This document shows, one piece after another, positions 32,702-43,680 of a stretch of DNA of 64,000 nt. The DNA is from an uncultured Acidobacteriota bacterium. Lineage in GTDB: Bacteria; Acidobacteriota; Polarisedimenticolia; J045. Where the stretch lies: positions 155,901 through 219,900 of the forward strand of contig CAVPCQ010000018.1 in the NCBI GenBank assembly GCA_963702425.1, in the 5' to 3' direction. The notes below the pieces were generated by a model. It made no database searches. It was given only the letters and a program-made list of their open reading frames with translations, and was not told where the DNA came from. The translations under genes and the position numbers were made by a program. Within the stretch, counting starts at the first letter, position 1. The number at the start of each line of letters is the position of its first letter.

Positions 32702-35700
32702 TCACTTCTCCTTGCGGCGACCTTGCGGCTCTTGTCGGGCGACGGGCCGAAGTCCGGCTTTCTGCGGCGGCTTCTCCGCCTGGAGGCGCTGGACCTCCGC
32801 GATCGCGCGGTCGAGCTGCGCGTCGATCCCGCGGCCGAGGTCCTGCGGCCGGGCCTGGACCTCGATGTCCGGGATCACGCCGCGGTTCTCCAGCGACCAG
32901 CCCTGGTGCGCGTCCCACCACGCGAACTCCGGCTGCGTCACCGTGCCGCCGTCGACCGTCCGCTTGTCGCCGCGGATCCCGACGACGCCGCCCCACGAGC
33001 GCATGCCGATCACCGGGGCCAGCTTCCGCAGCTGGATCGCGGCCGGGAAGATGTCGCCGTCCGAGCCGGCGAACTCGTTGGTCAGGACGACGAACGGCCC
33101 GTTGAGGACCGCCTGCGGGTAGGTCGAGAGGCCGCCGGCGCGCTGCCGGTCCCAGCTGATCAGCTGGCGCTCGAGCCGGTCGACCACCATCTGGGAGATC
33201 GCGCCGCCGCCGTTCCAGCGCACGTCGACGACCATCCCCTCCTTGTCGAGCTGCGGGTAGAACCAGGTGTTGAACGCCACCAGCCCGTCGGTCCACATGT
33301 CGGGCATGTGCACGTAGGCGATCGTCCCGTTCGTCTTCTGGGCGACGTACTCGCGGTTGGTCCGCACCCAGTCGGCGTAGCGCAGCTTCTCCTCGTCCCC
33401 CAGCGGCGTGACGACCACGTCGCGCGCGCCGTCCTTCGCCGGCCGCGCGTTGACGGTCAGCACGACCGGCTTGTCCGCGAGCCCCTCGAACGCCGCGTAG
33501 ATCGGCTTGTCCTTCGGGAAGGGCTGGTGGTTGACGGCGAGGATGAAGTCGCCTTCCTTGAGCCCGGCCGCCGCGTCGAGCAGCGGCGAGCGCACGTTGT
33601 CGGCCGGGTCACCGCGGTAGATCCGCACGATCCGGTAGGCCTCCCCCTCGCGGACGAAGTCGGCGCCGAGCATGCCGATCGATACGCGCCTGACCTGCAC
33701 GCCGGGGTCGCCGCCCCAGACGTAGGTGTGCGAGGTGCTCAGCTCCCCGATCGTCTCGCCGATCAGGTCGCGCAGGTCGTCGCGGGTCGCCAGGCGCGGC
33801 AGCAGCGTGGCGTACTGGTCGCGGATCGCGGTCCAGTCCACGCCCGACATCCCGGCGTCCCAGAAGAAGTCGCGCATCGTGCGCCACGACTCGTAGTAGA
33901 TCTGCGCCCACTCCTCGCGCGGGTCGAGCTCGATCACGACGTCGTTCAGCTTGAGCTTCCCCTCGGCGAGCTTCGGCCCCGGCGCGGCGTCGGCGCCGAC
34001 GACGAAGATCTCGCCCGGCTGCTGGCGCAGGGCGATCTTGTCCGCCTTGGCCGAGAGGACGTAGTCGGAGATCCCCTCGACGAACGGCTCGGCCTTCTTC
34101 GACTCGAGGTCGAAGGCCATCAGCACGTTCTCGGGCGGCGGGTCGCCGAAGAGCGGCGGCTGCTCGGCCATCCCCTTGAGCGGGGCGACGATCCAGAAGA
34201 CCTTCCCCTTGGTCGCGGAGAGCCCGCCGTAGAGGCCGGGGCCGACCGGCAGCTCGACGATCCGTCCGGCCAGCCCGGCCAGCTCGATCTCGACCGGCTT
34301 GATCTCGTCCTTCTTGTCGCCCTTTTCGTCCTTGTCCCCGGCCTTCGCCGCGTCGTCCTTCTTCTCGCCTTTCTTCGCGTCGTCCTTCGTCTTATCGTCC
34401 TTGGCGTCCTTCGCGTCCGGTTTGGGCGGAAGGCCGGCGTTCGGCGCGAGCGGGTTCTCCACGTCGGGCCGCAGCAGGGCCATGTAGATCTTCGTGTCGC
34501 GGGCCTCGATGTTGTTCCACTCGCGCGTGCCGAGGATCGGGTTGGTGAAGCGGTCCGACAGGAAGTAGAGGAAGCGCCCCTCGGGATCCCAGGCCGGCGA
34601 GTAGTCGAAGGTGTGAGGGCCGGTCACCGGGTAGACCTTCGCGTCCTTCGTGTCGTAGATCAGCACCGAGCTGTAGTTGTTGGCGAGCCACCTTCGCGTA
34701 GGCCAGCCAGCGGCCGTCGGGGCTCCAGGCGTAGTCGCGGATCTCGGCCTGCGGGCTCCTGTCGACCTGCACCGGCGCACCGCCGGCGCGGGGCATCACG
34801 AACAGCGCGTTGGTCTGGTCGGCGTACGCGATCCACTTGCCGTCTGGCGACGGGCGCGGTGGGAAGTGCCAGCCGGTCTTGCCGGCGGGTTTCAGGATCT
34901 TGGCCTCCTCGCGGCCCCAGGCGTCGATGCTGCGGATCTCCTCCTCACCCGCTGTGTCGCTGACGTACAGGATCTGATTCCCGCCGGGTTCGAATGTCGC
35001 CCAGTTCTCACGGGCTCCGGAGCCGCGGGTCACGGGCAGCGTCACGCCCTCCTTCACTGGGACCGATACGATCTCGCCGCGGGCCACGATCGCCACGCGC
35101 GAGCCGTCCGGGGCGAGGTCGTACCAGGTCACGAACCGCCCGGCGTCGGGGTAGCGCACGCGCGTCAGCGTGCGGTCGCTCGGCAGCTCGATCGGCAGCT
35201 TCTTCACGGCGCCGCTCTTCGGATCGAACAGCGCGATGTCGCCGGCGAGCATGAAGACGATCCGCCCGTCGGGCCCCATCGCCGGCCAGCGCGCGTCCCA
35301 CGCGCCGAGGTCGGTGTGCTGCTTGCGGTCGCTGCCGTCCGGCTTCATCGACCAGAGGTTCTGCGTCCCGCCCTTGTCGGAGAGGAACCAGAGCCGGCCG
35401 CCCGACCACATCGGGAAGGCCTCGGTGACGTTCTCCCCGGTGACGCGGCGGAAGTCGGCCGTCTTCGGATCGCCGACCCAGAGGTCCTGCGCCGTGCCGC
35501 CGCGGTAGCGCTTCCAGGTGCGGAACTCGTTGCTGATCCGGTTGAAGGCGTAGGCCCCCGTGACCGGATCGATGTCCAGCCGCGCGGCCCAGCCGAGCGG
35601 GAGCTTCACGGCCTCGTTGCCCGATGCATCTCCCGCGAGCGGGACCGTGAACAGCTCCCAGCCGCCCGGCCCGAACGAGCGCGGGCTCCGGATGACGATC

Positions 35701-36095
35701 GCGCTGCCGTCGGGCACCCAGCCGACTACCTCGTCGGGCATCGGGTGCCAGGTCAGGCGGCGCGGCTCGCCGCCGGAGACCGGCACGACGTAGACGTCGC
35801 GGTTGCCGTCGTACTCGCCCGTGAAGGCGATCAGCTTCCCGTCGGGGGAGAAGGTCGGGAAGTACTCGTTGCCGGGCGCGGTCGTCAGCCGCCGGCTCGA
35901 GCCCCCCGCGTCCGAGGTCAGCCACAGGTCGGCTTCGGCGGAGAAGACGACGAGGTTCCCGTGGATGTCGGGGTACCGCAGGTAGCCGGGTGCGGGCCCG
36001 GCGGGAGGGTCGGCTGCGGCGACGAGGGGGGCCAGACCGGTGAAGAGGGCGAGCAGGACGACGAGAGCGGGGGAGAGGCGGGGACCAGAGCGCAT
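32702..36095 (-). CDS. Tricorn protease (S41) with signal peptide; frameshift near 34690
   Basis: YLRYPDIHG, WKRYRGG, GELSTSH, DVRWNGGG, AGSDGD, RSWGGVVG, ENRGVIPDIEV. Confidence 0.92.
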
Positions 36096-36330
36096 GACAC
36101 CTCCGGAGCGGGGTCGAGTCGCGCGATTCTACGGGAGGAAGTTGGCGCCGCTCCCCCCGCGGCCGGGGTCCGATCACCGCGAGCGGCCCCAGGGGCGTGG
36201 CAGACGGCGGCTTCCGAACCCTTCCGTCCCGCGGTACGATGACTGCGATTGCCGATGCGGGACGGTCGTGCGCTCGCGGACCGTCCGCGCCGCCACCCGC
36301 ACGCTACGCTCCCCGCGAGGAGTGACCCCG

Positions 36331-36898
36331 ATGTCGGAACCAGGCCGCCAGCGTCTGCTGACCTACGCGGACTACGCCGCACTTCCCGACGACGGGCATC
36401 GCTACCAGCTCCTCGAGGGGGAACTGGTCATGACGCCGTCGCCGAACCGGTGGCACCAGAAGGTCCTGCGCGACCTCGCACTCGCGCTGCAGGCATACGT
36501 CGAGGATGCACGTGCTCGGCGAGATCTACTTCGCCCCCCTCGACGTCACGCTGGACGACCGCAACGTCGTGCAGCCGGACATCCTGTTCGTCTCGAACGA
36601 GCGGTCCGGGATCCTGCAGGGTGACCGGGTCATCGGCGCTCCCGACCTCTGCGTGGAAGTCCTCTCGCCCGGGACGGAGCGGATCGACCGGGTGCGCAAG
36701 CTGGAGCTGTACGCTCGCTTCGGCGTGACGCACTACTGGATCGTCGATCTCGACGCGCGGACGATCGAGGAGTACGCCCTGGCCGGCGACGTCTACCGCG
36801 TGCGGAGCATCACGGCGTACGACGCACCATTCCGCCCCGCGGCGTTGCCGGGGTTCGAGTTCCGGCTGAGCGTGGTGGGGCTGCCGGACGCGGAGTGA
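36331..36898 (+). CDS. Uma2 family PD-(D/E)XK endonuclease, copy 1 (+1 frameshift near 36503)
   Basis: [60 protein letters not shown]; 568 nt vs 567 for its paralogues. Confidence 0.85.
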
Positions 36899-37047
36899 CG
36901 TAGTGGCGCCGGCCAAACCGCCGGCGCCTTCGCCTCCAGCGCCTCGAGGTGTAAGATCACTCCGGTTGCCACTGCGGGACGAACTGCGCCACGCAAACGG
37001 TCCGTGCTGCCGTGCCCGCGCTACGCTCCCCGGGAGGAGTGACCCCG

Positions 37048-37614
37048 ATGTCGGAACCGGGCCGCCAGCGTCTCTTGACCTACGCGGACTACGCCGCACT
37101 TCCCGACGACGGGCATCGCTACCAGCTCCTCGAGGGGGAACTGGTCATGACGCCGTCGCCGAACCTGTGGCACCAGGAGATCTCGATCCAACTCGCCTCC
37201 GAGCTGCTGAGATACGTTCAGACGCGCGGCCTCGGCCGCGTTTTCGCCGCCCCCCTCGACGTCACGCTGGACGACCGCAACGTCCTCCAGCCGGACATCC
37301 TGTTCGTATCGAAGGAAAGGTCAGGCATCCTGCAGGGGGGCCGGGTCGTCGGGGCCCCTGACCTGTGCGTCGAGATCCTCTCGCCCGGCACGCAGCGCAT
37401 CGACCGCGTGCGCAAGCTGGAGCTGTACGCGCGCTTTGGCGTGACGCACTACTGGATCGTCGATCTCGACACACGGACGATCGAGGAGTACGTCCTGGCC
37501 GGAGAGGTCTACCGCGTGCGAAGCATCACGGCGTACGATGCGCCGTTCCGGCCCGCGGCGCTGCCGGGGTTCGAGTTCCGGCTGAGCGTGGTGGGACTGC
37601 CGGATGGAGAGTGA
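37048..37614 (+). CDS. Uma2 family endonuclease, copy 2
   Basis: Same motifs, intact 188 aa; GAGGAG RBS. Confidence 0.9.
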   Translation: MSEPGRQRLLTYADYAALPDDGHRYQLLEGELVMTPSPNLWHQEISIQLASELLRYVQTRGLGRVFAAPLDVTLDDRNVLQPDILFVSKERSGILQGGRVVGAPDLCVEILSPGTQRIDRVRKLELYARFGVTHYWIVDLDTRTIEEYVLAGEVYRVRSITAYDAPFRPAALPGFEFRLSVVGLPDGE

Positions 37615-37762
37615 CGCAGTGGTGCCGACCGAACCGCCGGCGCCTTCGACTCCACCGCCTCGAGGTGTAAGATGACTCCGGTTGCCACTGCGGGACGAAC
37701 TGCGTCACGCGAACGGTCCGTGCTGCCGTGCCCGCGCTACGCTCCCCGCGAGGAGTGACCCG

Positions 37763-38329
37763 ATGTCGGAACCGGGCCGCCAGCGTCTGTTGACCTACGC
37801 GGACTATGCCGCCCTTCCGGACGACGGGCATCGCTACCAGCTCCTCGAGGGGGAACTGGTCATGACGCCGTCGCCCAACCGGTGGCACCAGGAGCTTTCG
37901 GCCCAACTCCTCACCGCGCTGGTGAACCACGCGCAGAAGCACGACCTCGGCCGCGTCTTCGCCGCCCCCCTCGACGTCACGCTGGACGACCGCAACGTCG
38001 TCCAGCCAGACATTCTGTTCGTATCGAAGGAAAGGTCAGGCATCCTGCAGGGGGGCCGGGTCATCGGGGCCCCCGATCTGTGCGTCGAGATCCTCTCGCC
38101 CGGCACGCAGCGGATCGACCGGGTGCGCAAGCTGGAGCTGTACGCGCGCTTTGGCGTGACGCACTACTGGATCGTCGATCTCGACACGCGGACGATCGAG
38201 GAGTACGTCCTGGCCGGCGACGTCTACCGCGTGCGGAGCATCACGGCGTACGATGCGCCGTTCCGGCCCGCGGCGCTGCCCGGCTTCGAGTTCCGGTTGA
38301 GCGTGGTGCCGCTGCCGGACGGGGCCTGA
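37763..38329 (+). CDS. Uma2 family endonuclease, copy 3
   Basis: Same motifs, intact 188 aa. Confidence 0.9.
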   Translation: MSEPGRQRLLTYADYAALPDDGHRYQLLEGELVMTPSPNRWHQELSAQLLTALVNHAQKHDLGRVFAAPLDVTLDDRNVVQPDILFVSKERSGILQGGRVIGAPDLCVEILSPGTQRIDRVRKLELYARFGVTHYWIVDLDTRTIEEYVLAGDVYRVRSITAYDAPFRPAALPGFEFRLSVVPLPDGA

Positions 38330-38406
38330 CGCGGCTTCGAGCGCGAATTGGCGGTCGAGACCGAGTTTCCTGACCCACCGGTGTTGCCCTTGGCGCTTCA
38401 GGACCT

Positions 38407-39549
38407 TCAGCGATACTCCCCGGCCCAGAGCGCCTCGAGGAAATGCGTGAGCGGGACGACCTCGATCTTCTCGACGCGCCGCGGCCGTGCGTGCAGGCCG
38501 ACGCAGACCAGCCGCTTGAACCGCTTCTCGTCGGCGAGCGCGCGGAGCGAGCGGAGGTCCTGGGGCGCGATCGTCGGCTTGGCCTTGACCTCGATCGCCG
38601 TGTGGTCGCCCAGCAGGAAGTCGACCTCGTATCCCGACGCGGAACGCCAGTAGCGCAGCGGCTCGCCGGATCGATAGTCCACGAAGCTGAGCAGCTCGTG
38701 CATGAGGAGCGTCTCGACCGCCGCACCGTACTCGGGCGTTCCGGGCTGGGCTTCCCGACCCTGCAGCGAGCCGACCACCCCGACGTCGAAGAAGTAGTAC
38801 TTGGACGAGACGATGGGCCGGCGCGTCTTCGACTCCCGCCACGCCGGGAGTTCGTGGAGCAGCAGCGTGTCTTCGAGGATCCGGAAGTACTCGTAGACGG
38901 TCGTGCGCGGCACCTGCGCGTCGTTCGACACCGCCGTGAAGTTGACCATCGTGGCGTTGCACAGCGCGGCGACCTGCAGGAAGCGGCTGAAGGCCGGCGC
39001 GTTGCGGGTGAGACCCTCGGCGAGGACCTCCTGCTGGAGATAGACGCCCGTGTACGCCAACAGGTCCGCGCGCGGGTCATCGGAGAAGTAGATCGACGGC
39101 AGGAGGCCGCGGGCCACCGCGCGCCGCAGGTCGAATCGCGGGCCGAGTTCCGCCGAGGTGAGTGGGTGAAGATGCTTGACCCGTGCCCGTCCGCCGAGCA
39201 GGTTCACGCCGCCGGCGCGCAGCCGCCGCGCGCTCGACCCGGTCAGCAGAAAGCGCACGCCCCGGGACTCGATCAGTCGGTGGATTTCGTTCAGCAGTTC
39301 GGGCAGCCGCTGGATCTCGTCGACGACGACCATCTTCTCGTCGCCGATCTCCTGGGCGATGAGGCCGGGGTTCCGGCTCAGCGCAAGGAAGGTCGCGGAG
39401 TCGAGAAGGTCGTAGACCCGGACATCCCCCAGCGTCTTGCGGATCAGGAACGTCTTGCCGGTCTGGCGGGGGCCGAGCAGGAAGTGACTCTTCCGCTCGA
39501 GGAGCGAGCGCAGGTCGAGCGTTCTCGGGACGTTCGGCTCCGTCGGCAT
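38407..39549 (-). CDS. AAA+ ATPase (AAA_14) with DUF4143 domain
   Basis: GPRQTGKT, VVVDEIQ, LTGSS, KYYFFDVG, YWRSASGYEVDFL...AIEVK. Confidence 0.9.
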   Translation of the reverse strand: MPTEPNVPRTLDLRSLLERKSHFLLGPRQTGKTFLIRKTLGDVRVYDLLDSATFLALSRNPGLIAQEIGDEKMVVVDEIQRLPELLNEIHRLIESRGVRFLLTGSSARRLRAGGVNLLGGRARVKHLHPLTSAELGPRFDLRRAVARGLLPSIYFSDDPRADLLAYTGVYLQQEVLAEGLTRNAPAFSRFLQVAALCNATMVNFTAVSNDAQVPRTTVYEYFRILEDTLLLHELPAWRESKTRRPIVSSKYYFFDVGVVGSLQGREAQPGTPEYGAAVETLLMHELLSFVDYRSGEPLRYWRSASGYEVDFLLGDHTAIEVKAKPTIAPQDLRSLRALADEKRFKRLVCVGLHARPRRVEKIEVVPLTHFLEALWAGEYR

Positions 39550-39552
39550 TGT

Positions 39553-39589
39553 CGTCATTTATCATGATGATTGACGATTACGCTGTCAA
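39553..39589 (-). promoter_or_regulatory. Sigma70 promoter with overlapping palindrome for the AAA gene
   Basis: Minus strand TTGACA-17-CATGAT; imperfect inverted repeat 39553-39576 centred on TCATGA. Confidence 0.6.
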
Positions 39590-39698
39590 GTTGGAGAGGA
39601 TCGGCGGAGCGGCAGGCCGTGGGCGGGGGCCACGGTCGGCCGCTCCGCGGCGCGGGAATCGCCCGCGGAAGCGGGCGCTGTCCCGGCCCGCGACCTCG

Positions 39699-42600
39699 CT
39701 AGGGACAGGCCCCGGGCGCAGCCCCGATCTCCGCGTCCCGCGCACCCGTCTGCCCGGCACCACCGTCGTCGTAGGTCCCGGTCCCCACGCAGTTCGCCGC
39801 GCGGACGAGGTACCAGAATCCATCCGCGAGCGACGGCGTGGCCCCGTCATCCACGGCCGTCGAGGCCAGGTCGTTCGCGAGGCAGCGGTCGGTCGCGGAC
39901 GTGAAATTGCCGGCCGTCCCGCCGAGCACCGACAGCGTCCCGCCGACGACGTCGTACGCCGATGCGGAGACGAGCCCCGGCCAGCTCAGGTGTGCAGTGC
40001 CACCGACCGGCTCGACCGCGAGTCCCGCGACCCCGCCCGGCACGACAAAGCCATCGTCGACGAGCGTGTCGCAGTCGTTGTCCAGGCCGTCGCAGAGCTC
40101 CGACGCGCCCGGGAAGATGGCCGCGCTGGCGTCGTTGCAGTCGCCTCCGCACTCGGAAACGCCGTCGCTGTCGTCGTCGCTGGCGTGGCCGAGGGCGTAG
40201 AGGCCGCCGCTGTTCAAGGTGTTACTCCCGCCGCCCTGGGTCACCCCCCCCCAAATCACCGCGTCAGAACCCGTCCAGACGCTGGTGTGCTCAATGCGAG
40301 GCGTCGGCACCGCGGCCAGCGATGTCGGCAGCCACGCATCGGACACGGGATCGTAACGGCCGCCGGTGTTCAGTGCGGTCGAATCGTTGCCGCCGCCCCA
40401 GACGATCATCCGGCCGGCGCCCCAGACGGCCGTGTGGCCGCTGCGAATCTCGGGTGCCCCGACGGTCGACGTTGCGAGCCACGTGTTTCCGGCCGGATCG
40501 TAGCGGCCGCCGGTGTTCAGCCTGGTCGAACCGTTCTCGCCGCCCCAGACGACCATCCGACTGCCGGTCCAGACGGCCGTGTGCGCATTCCTCGCCGAGG
40601 GGGCACCGTCTGTCGACGTGAGCGCCCAACTGTCGCTGACCGGATCGTAGCGGCCGCCGGAGCGGAGGAAGGTGGCACCGCGCAGCCCACCCCAGACGAT
40701 CATCCGGCTCCCGGTCCAGACGGTCGAGTGGCGTTGCCGTGCCGGAGCGGCTCCGACCAGCGATGTCGCCGTCCAGCTGTCGCCGGTCGGATCGTATTGC
40801 CCTCCGGTATTGAGGTCGTTGATACCGTCTGTGCCGCCCCAGACGATCATCCGGCTGCCCGTCCAGACCGCTCCGTGCAAGTCTCTGGCCGAGGGGGCGC
40901 CCGTCATCGAGGTGGGGGTCCAGCGGTCCGCGATCGGGTCGTAGCGCCCTCCGCTGTCATAGCGGACCCTACCGTCACTTAGGCCGGTGCCGCCGCCCCA
41001 GACCACCATCTCGCGTCCGGTCCAGACGGCGGTGGCCACGGAGCGCGCCTCGGGTGCGCCGCTGAGTGTCGTGGGGGTCCAGGTGTCCAGGGTGGGGTCG
41101 TAGCGTCCTCCATCTTGGAGCTCGCCCGCCCTTCCTCCTCCCCAGACGACCATCAGGGTGCCAGTCCAAACCGCCGCATGAAGCGGTCTCGGCCCTGGGG
41201 CGCTCGATACGTTCGTCGGGGTCCAGCTGTCGGTGAGTGGATCGTAGCGGCCACCTGTGTTCCCAGAGCCAGCGGAGACGTTTCCGCCCCAGACGATCAT
41301 CTCGGTGTCCGCCCAGACCGCGGCGAACTCGGCGCGAGCCGCCGGCGCGCCGTTCATGGAGGTGGGCGACCATGAATCGCCGACCGGGTCGTAGCGGCTC
41401 CCGTCATCGAACTTGACGTAATCGCCGTCGTAACCGCCCCAGACAATCATCCGACTCCCGCTCCACACCACCGCGTGCATCCACCGAGCGGCGGGTGCGC
41501 CGGTTGTAGAGGTTGCAGCCCAGTGGTCGAGAGAGGGGTCGTAGCGGCTTCCGTCGTTAAGAGCGACTCCGCCGCCGGCAAAGCCGCCCCAGACCACCAT
41601 TCGGCTTCCGGTCCAAACCGCAGCGACCCGCGAGCGAGCGGCTGGCGCACCGGTTGTACTGGTGGGCAACCACGTGTCGCCGACCGGATCGTACCGGCCA
41701 CCGGTGTTCACGTAATTGCCATCGTGGCCGCCCCAGATGACCATCCGGCTCCCCGTCCAGACGGCACCGTTGTCGTATCGCGCCGTCGGTGCGCCGTTTG
41801 TCGAGGTGGGCGACCACGTATCGCCGGCGGGATCGTATCGCCCACCCGTGTTCATCCGGATGGAGGTGGCATAGTCCTCGCCACCCCAGACGATCATCTG
41901 GTTCCCGGCCCAGACAGCCGTGTGCCTAGCCCGTGCCGCGGGAGCGCCGATTGTCGATGTCGGCGTCCAGCTGTCGGTCGAAGGGTTGTAGCGGCCTCCC
42001 GTGTTAAGGTTTGGGCTTCCGCCCCACACGATCATGACGCTTCCAGTCCAGACGGCCGTGTGACCGCTCCGAGGGCTCGGGGCATCGACGGTAGTGACTG
42101 GCGTCCAGGTGCTGGTCGCAGGATCGTAGCGATCGCCAGTATTGTCGCGAGTGGTTCGGCCTCCCCAGAGGATCATCAGAGAACCAGTCCAGACCGCCCT
42201 GGGGGCGAGACGCGCATCGGGAATGTCGTCAAGCGACCCGTTGTGCCAAGTGTCGTCGGGAAGGCAGGGCGGCTCGTCGGGCGAGCCGCTCGCCGCGACC
42301 CCGGCGAGCGGCGGAAGCGACGCGAGCGGATCGGCAACGGCTTCGACGCGCTCCGCCGCCAGCGTCCCGCGGACCTCGTTCCACCACTCGTCGTACGGCC
42401 GCGGCGACTCGCCGGCCTCCGCGCCGCCCGCGTGGAAGCTCCGCACCAGCCGGTCCACCAGCGCCGGCCGCGCCAGGCACTCCTGGACCAGGAACGGATC
42501 GTTCCCGAGCGCCGCCCACAGCTCGGCCAGCCGCCCCGGCATCCGGCTCTCCCGCGCCTGCCGCTCCATCTCGCGCCGCAGCTGTTCCGCCGTGACCGGC

Positions 42601-42852
42601 GCGTGCCAGAACCGCTCGAGCGCCGCCGACTGCTCGAGGTAGGTCCGCACCTTCCGCTCGATCACCTCCCGCGGCACGGCCTCCTCGAACGGCGCCGTGG
42701 CCCCGATCTGGTGGGAGTAGTAGACGCGCTCGATCGCCTGCCTGGGCCGCGATGCGCTGTTCGAACGTGAGGTCGCCGGCGTGAGCCAGCGATCCGCAGA
42801 GGGAAACGGCCACCAACGCGGCCACCGAAACGCCGAGACGCCAGGTCTTCAT
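39699..42852 (-). CDS. Secreted Kelch-repeat protein (14 repeats) with MopE-like metal-binding motif and conserved C-terminal domain; frameshift near 42742
   Basis: Signal MKTWRLGVSVAALVAVSL; repeats R..HTAVWTGS.MIVWGG...NTGGRYDP; DCNDASAAIFPGASELCDGLDNDCD; ends PGACP. Confidence 0.85.
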
Positions 42853-42921
42853 GACGGTCCTCCCACGACCACCGAACGACGCGCCTCCCCGTGTCCGGGT
42901 GCGGTACGCGCCTACTCGTGC

Positions 42922-42947
42922 AGTGTCCGAAACGAAGGCACTGTGAC
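42922..42947 (-). promoter_or_regulatory. Putative ECF promoter GTCAC-N15-GACACT (Kelch gene)
   Basis: Same boxes and spacing at 43649-43674 (+) and 50513-50538 (-). Confidence 0.65.
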
Positions 42948-43112
42948 CACGTTCTCCGCGAAGCCAAGCCCAGGTCGCAGGAGCTTCCCCCTCGAGGTCT
43001 CCCGCAGCCCCCAGGCCTCGGTGCTACCCTCGCCCGTCCCCGGCAGTCTCCCCTTGAAGTGCCAGCGCACCTGTCCTACACCTATCGCGATCCCGCCGAG
43101 GGCCCCCGACCC

Positions 43113-43676
43113 GTGTCCGACGACTCGCTGCGCCTCGTGGAACGGCTCCGGGCCGGCGATGCCGAGGCGGAGCGGCATTTCCACGAGACCTACGGGCATC
43201 TCGTTCGCCGGCTGGCCCTGGGCCAACTCTTCGACGCCGAGACGGCGCGGGACATCGCCCAGGAAGTGCTGCTGGTGACCATCGTGGCCATCCGGAACGG
43301 CACGATCCGTCACGAGAACAACCTGGGAGGGTTCGTCTACGGAACGGCCCGGAACGTGATGCACGCGTGGCAGCGCAAGCGGAACCAGGAGGAGCGCCTG
43401 AGTGGCCCCGCGCGGTTCTCCGATCCTCCTGCCGACCCGGTGCCGGACCCGGACGAGGAGGCCCGGGTGGAGCAGGCGATCCGCGAGATCCGCCGGCTCT
43501 CCCACGCGGACCAGCAGATCCTCCACTGGTCCCTGGTCGAGGGAATGACCTCGGAGGAGATCGCAGAGCGGCTCGGCATCACGCCCGCGGCGGCGCGGAA
43601 ACGGAAGTCCCGAGCTCTCGAGGTTCTCAAGTCACGCCTGCGGCGCCCGTCACGACCGGCGCCGCGGCGACACTGA
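43113..43676 (+). CDS. ECF sigma-70 factor
   Basis: LVERLRAGDAEA, ARDIAQEV (region 2), EEIAERLGITPAAARKRKSRA (region 4). Confidence 0.85.
   Translation: MSDDSLRLVERLRAGDAEAERHFHETYGHLVRRLALGQLFDAETARDIAQEVLLVTIVAIRNGTIRHENNLGGFVYGTARNVMHAWQRKRNQEERLSGPARFSDPPADPVPDPDEEARVEQAIREIRRLSHADQQILHWSLVEGMTSEEIAERLGITPAAARKRKSRALEVLKSRLRRPSRPAPRRH
43649..43674 (+). promoter_or_regulatory. Putative ECF promoter inside the sigma 3' end, driving the anti-sigma gene
   Basis: GTCAC-gaccggcgccgcggc-GACACT, 6 nt before the GTG at 43681. Confidence 0.6.
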
Positions 43677-43680
43677 AGGG

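Larger units (their letters stand above)
36225..38345 (+). repeat. Tandem array of three ~716-bp Uma2 units (leader + gene)
   Basis: ATG starts at 36331, 37048 and 37763 (periods 717 and 715); near-identical DNA outside one central segment. Confidence 0.9.

Noticed and set aside
34290-34420. Low-complexity (GTCCTT)-like repeats
   Set aside because: They encode the Lys/Asp-rich linker typical of bacterial tricorn proteases
36225-38345. Uma2 array as a CRISPR array, DGR or integron
   Set aside because: The units are ~716-bp coding repeats. No cas, reverse transcriptase or tyrosine integrase is in the window, variation is not adenine-specific, and no clear attC core sites were seen.
40200-42250. 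Regular ~150-bp DNA repeats
   Set aside because: Fully explained by Kelch protein repeats
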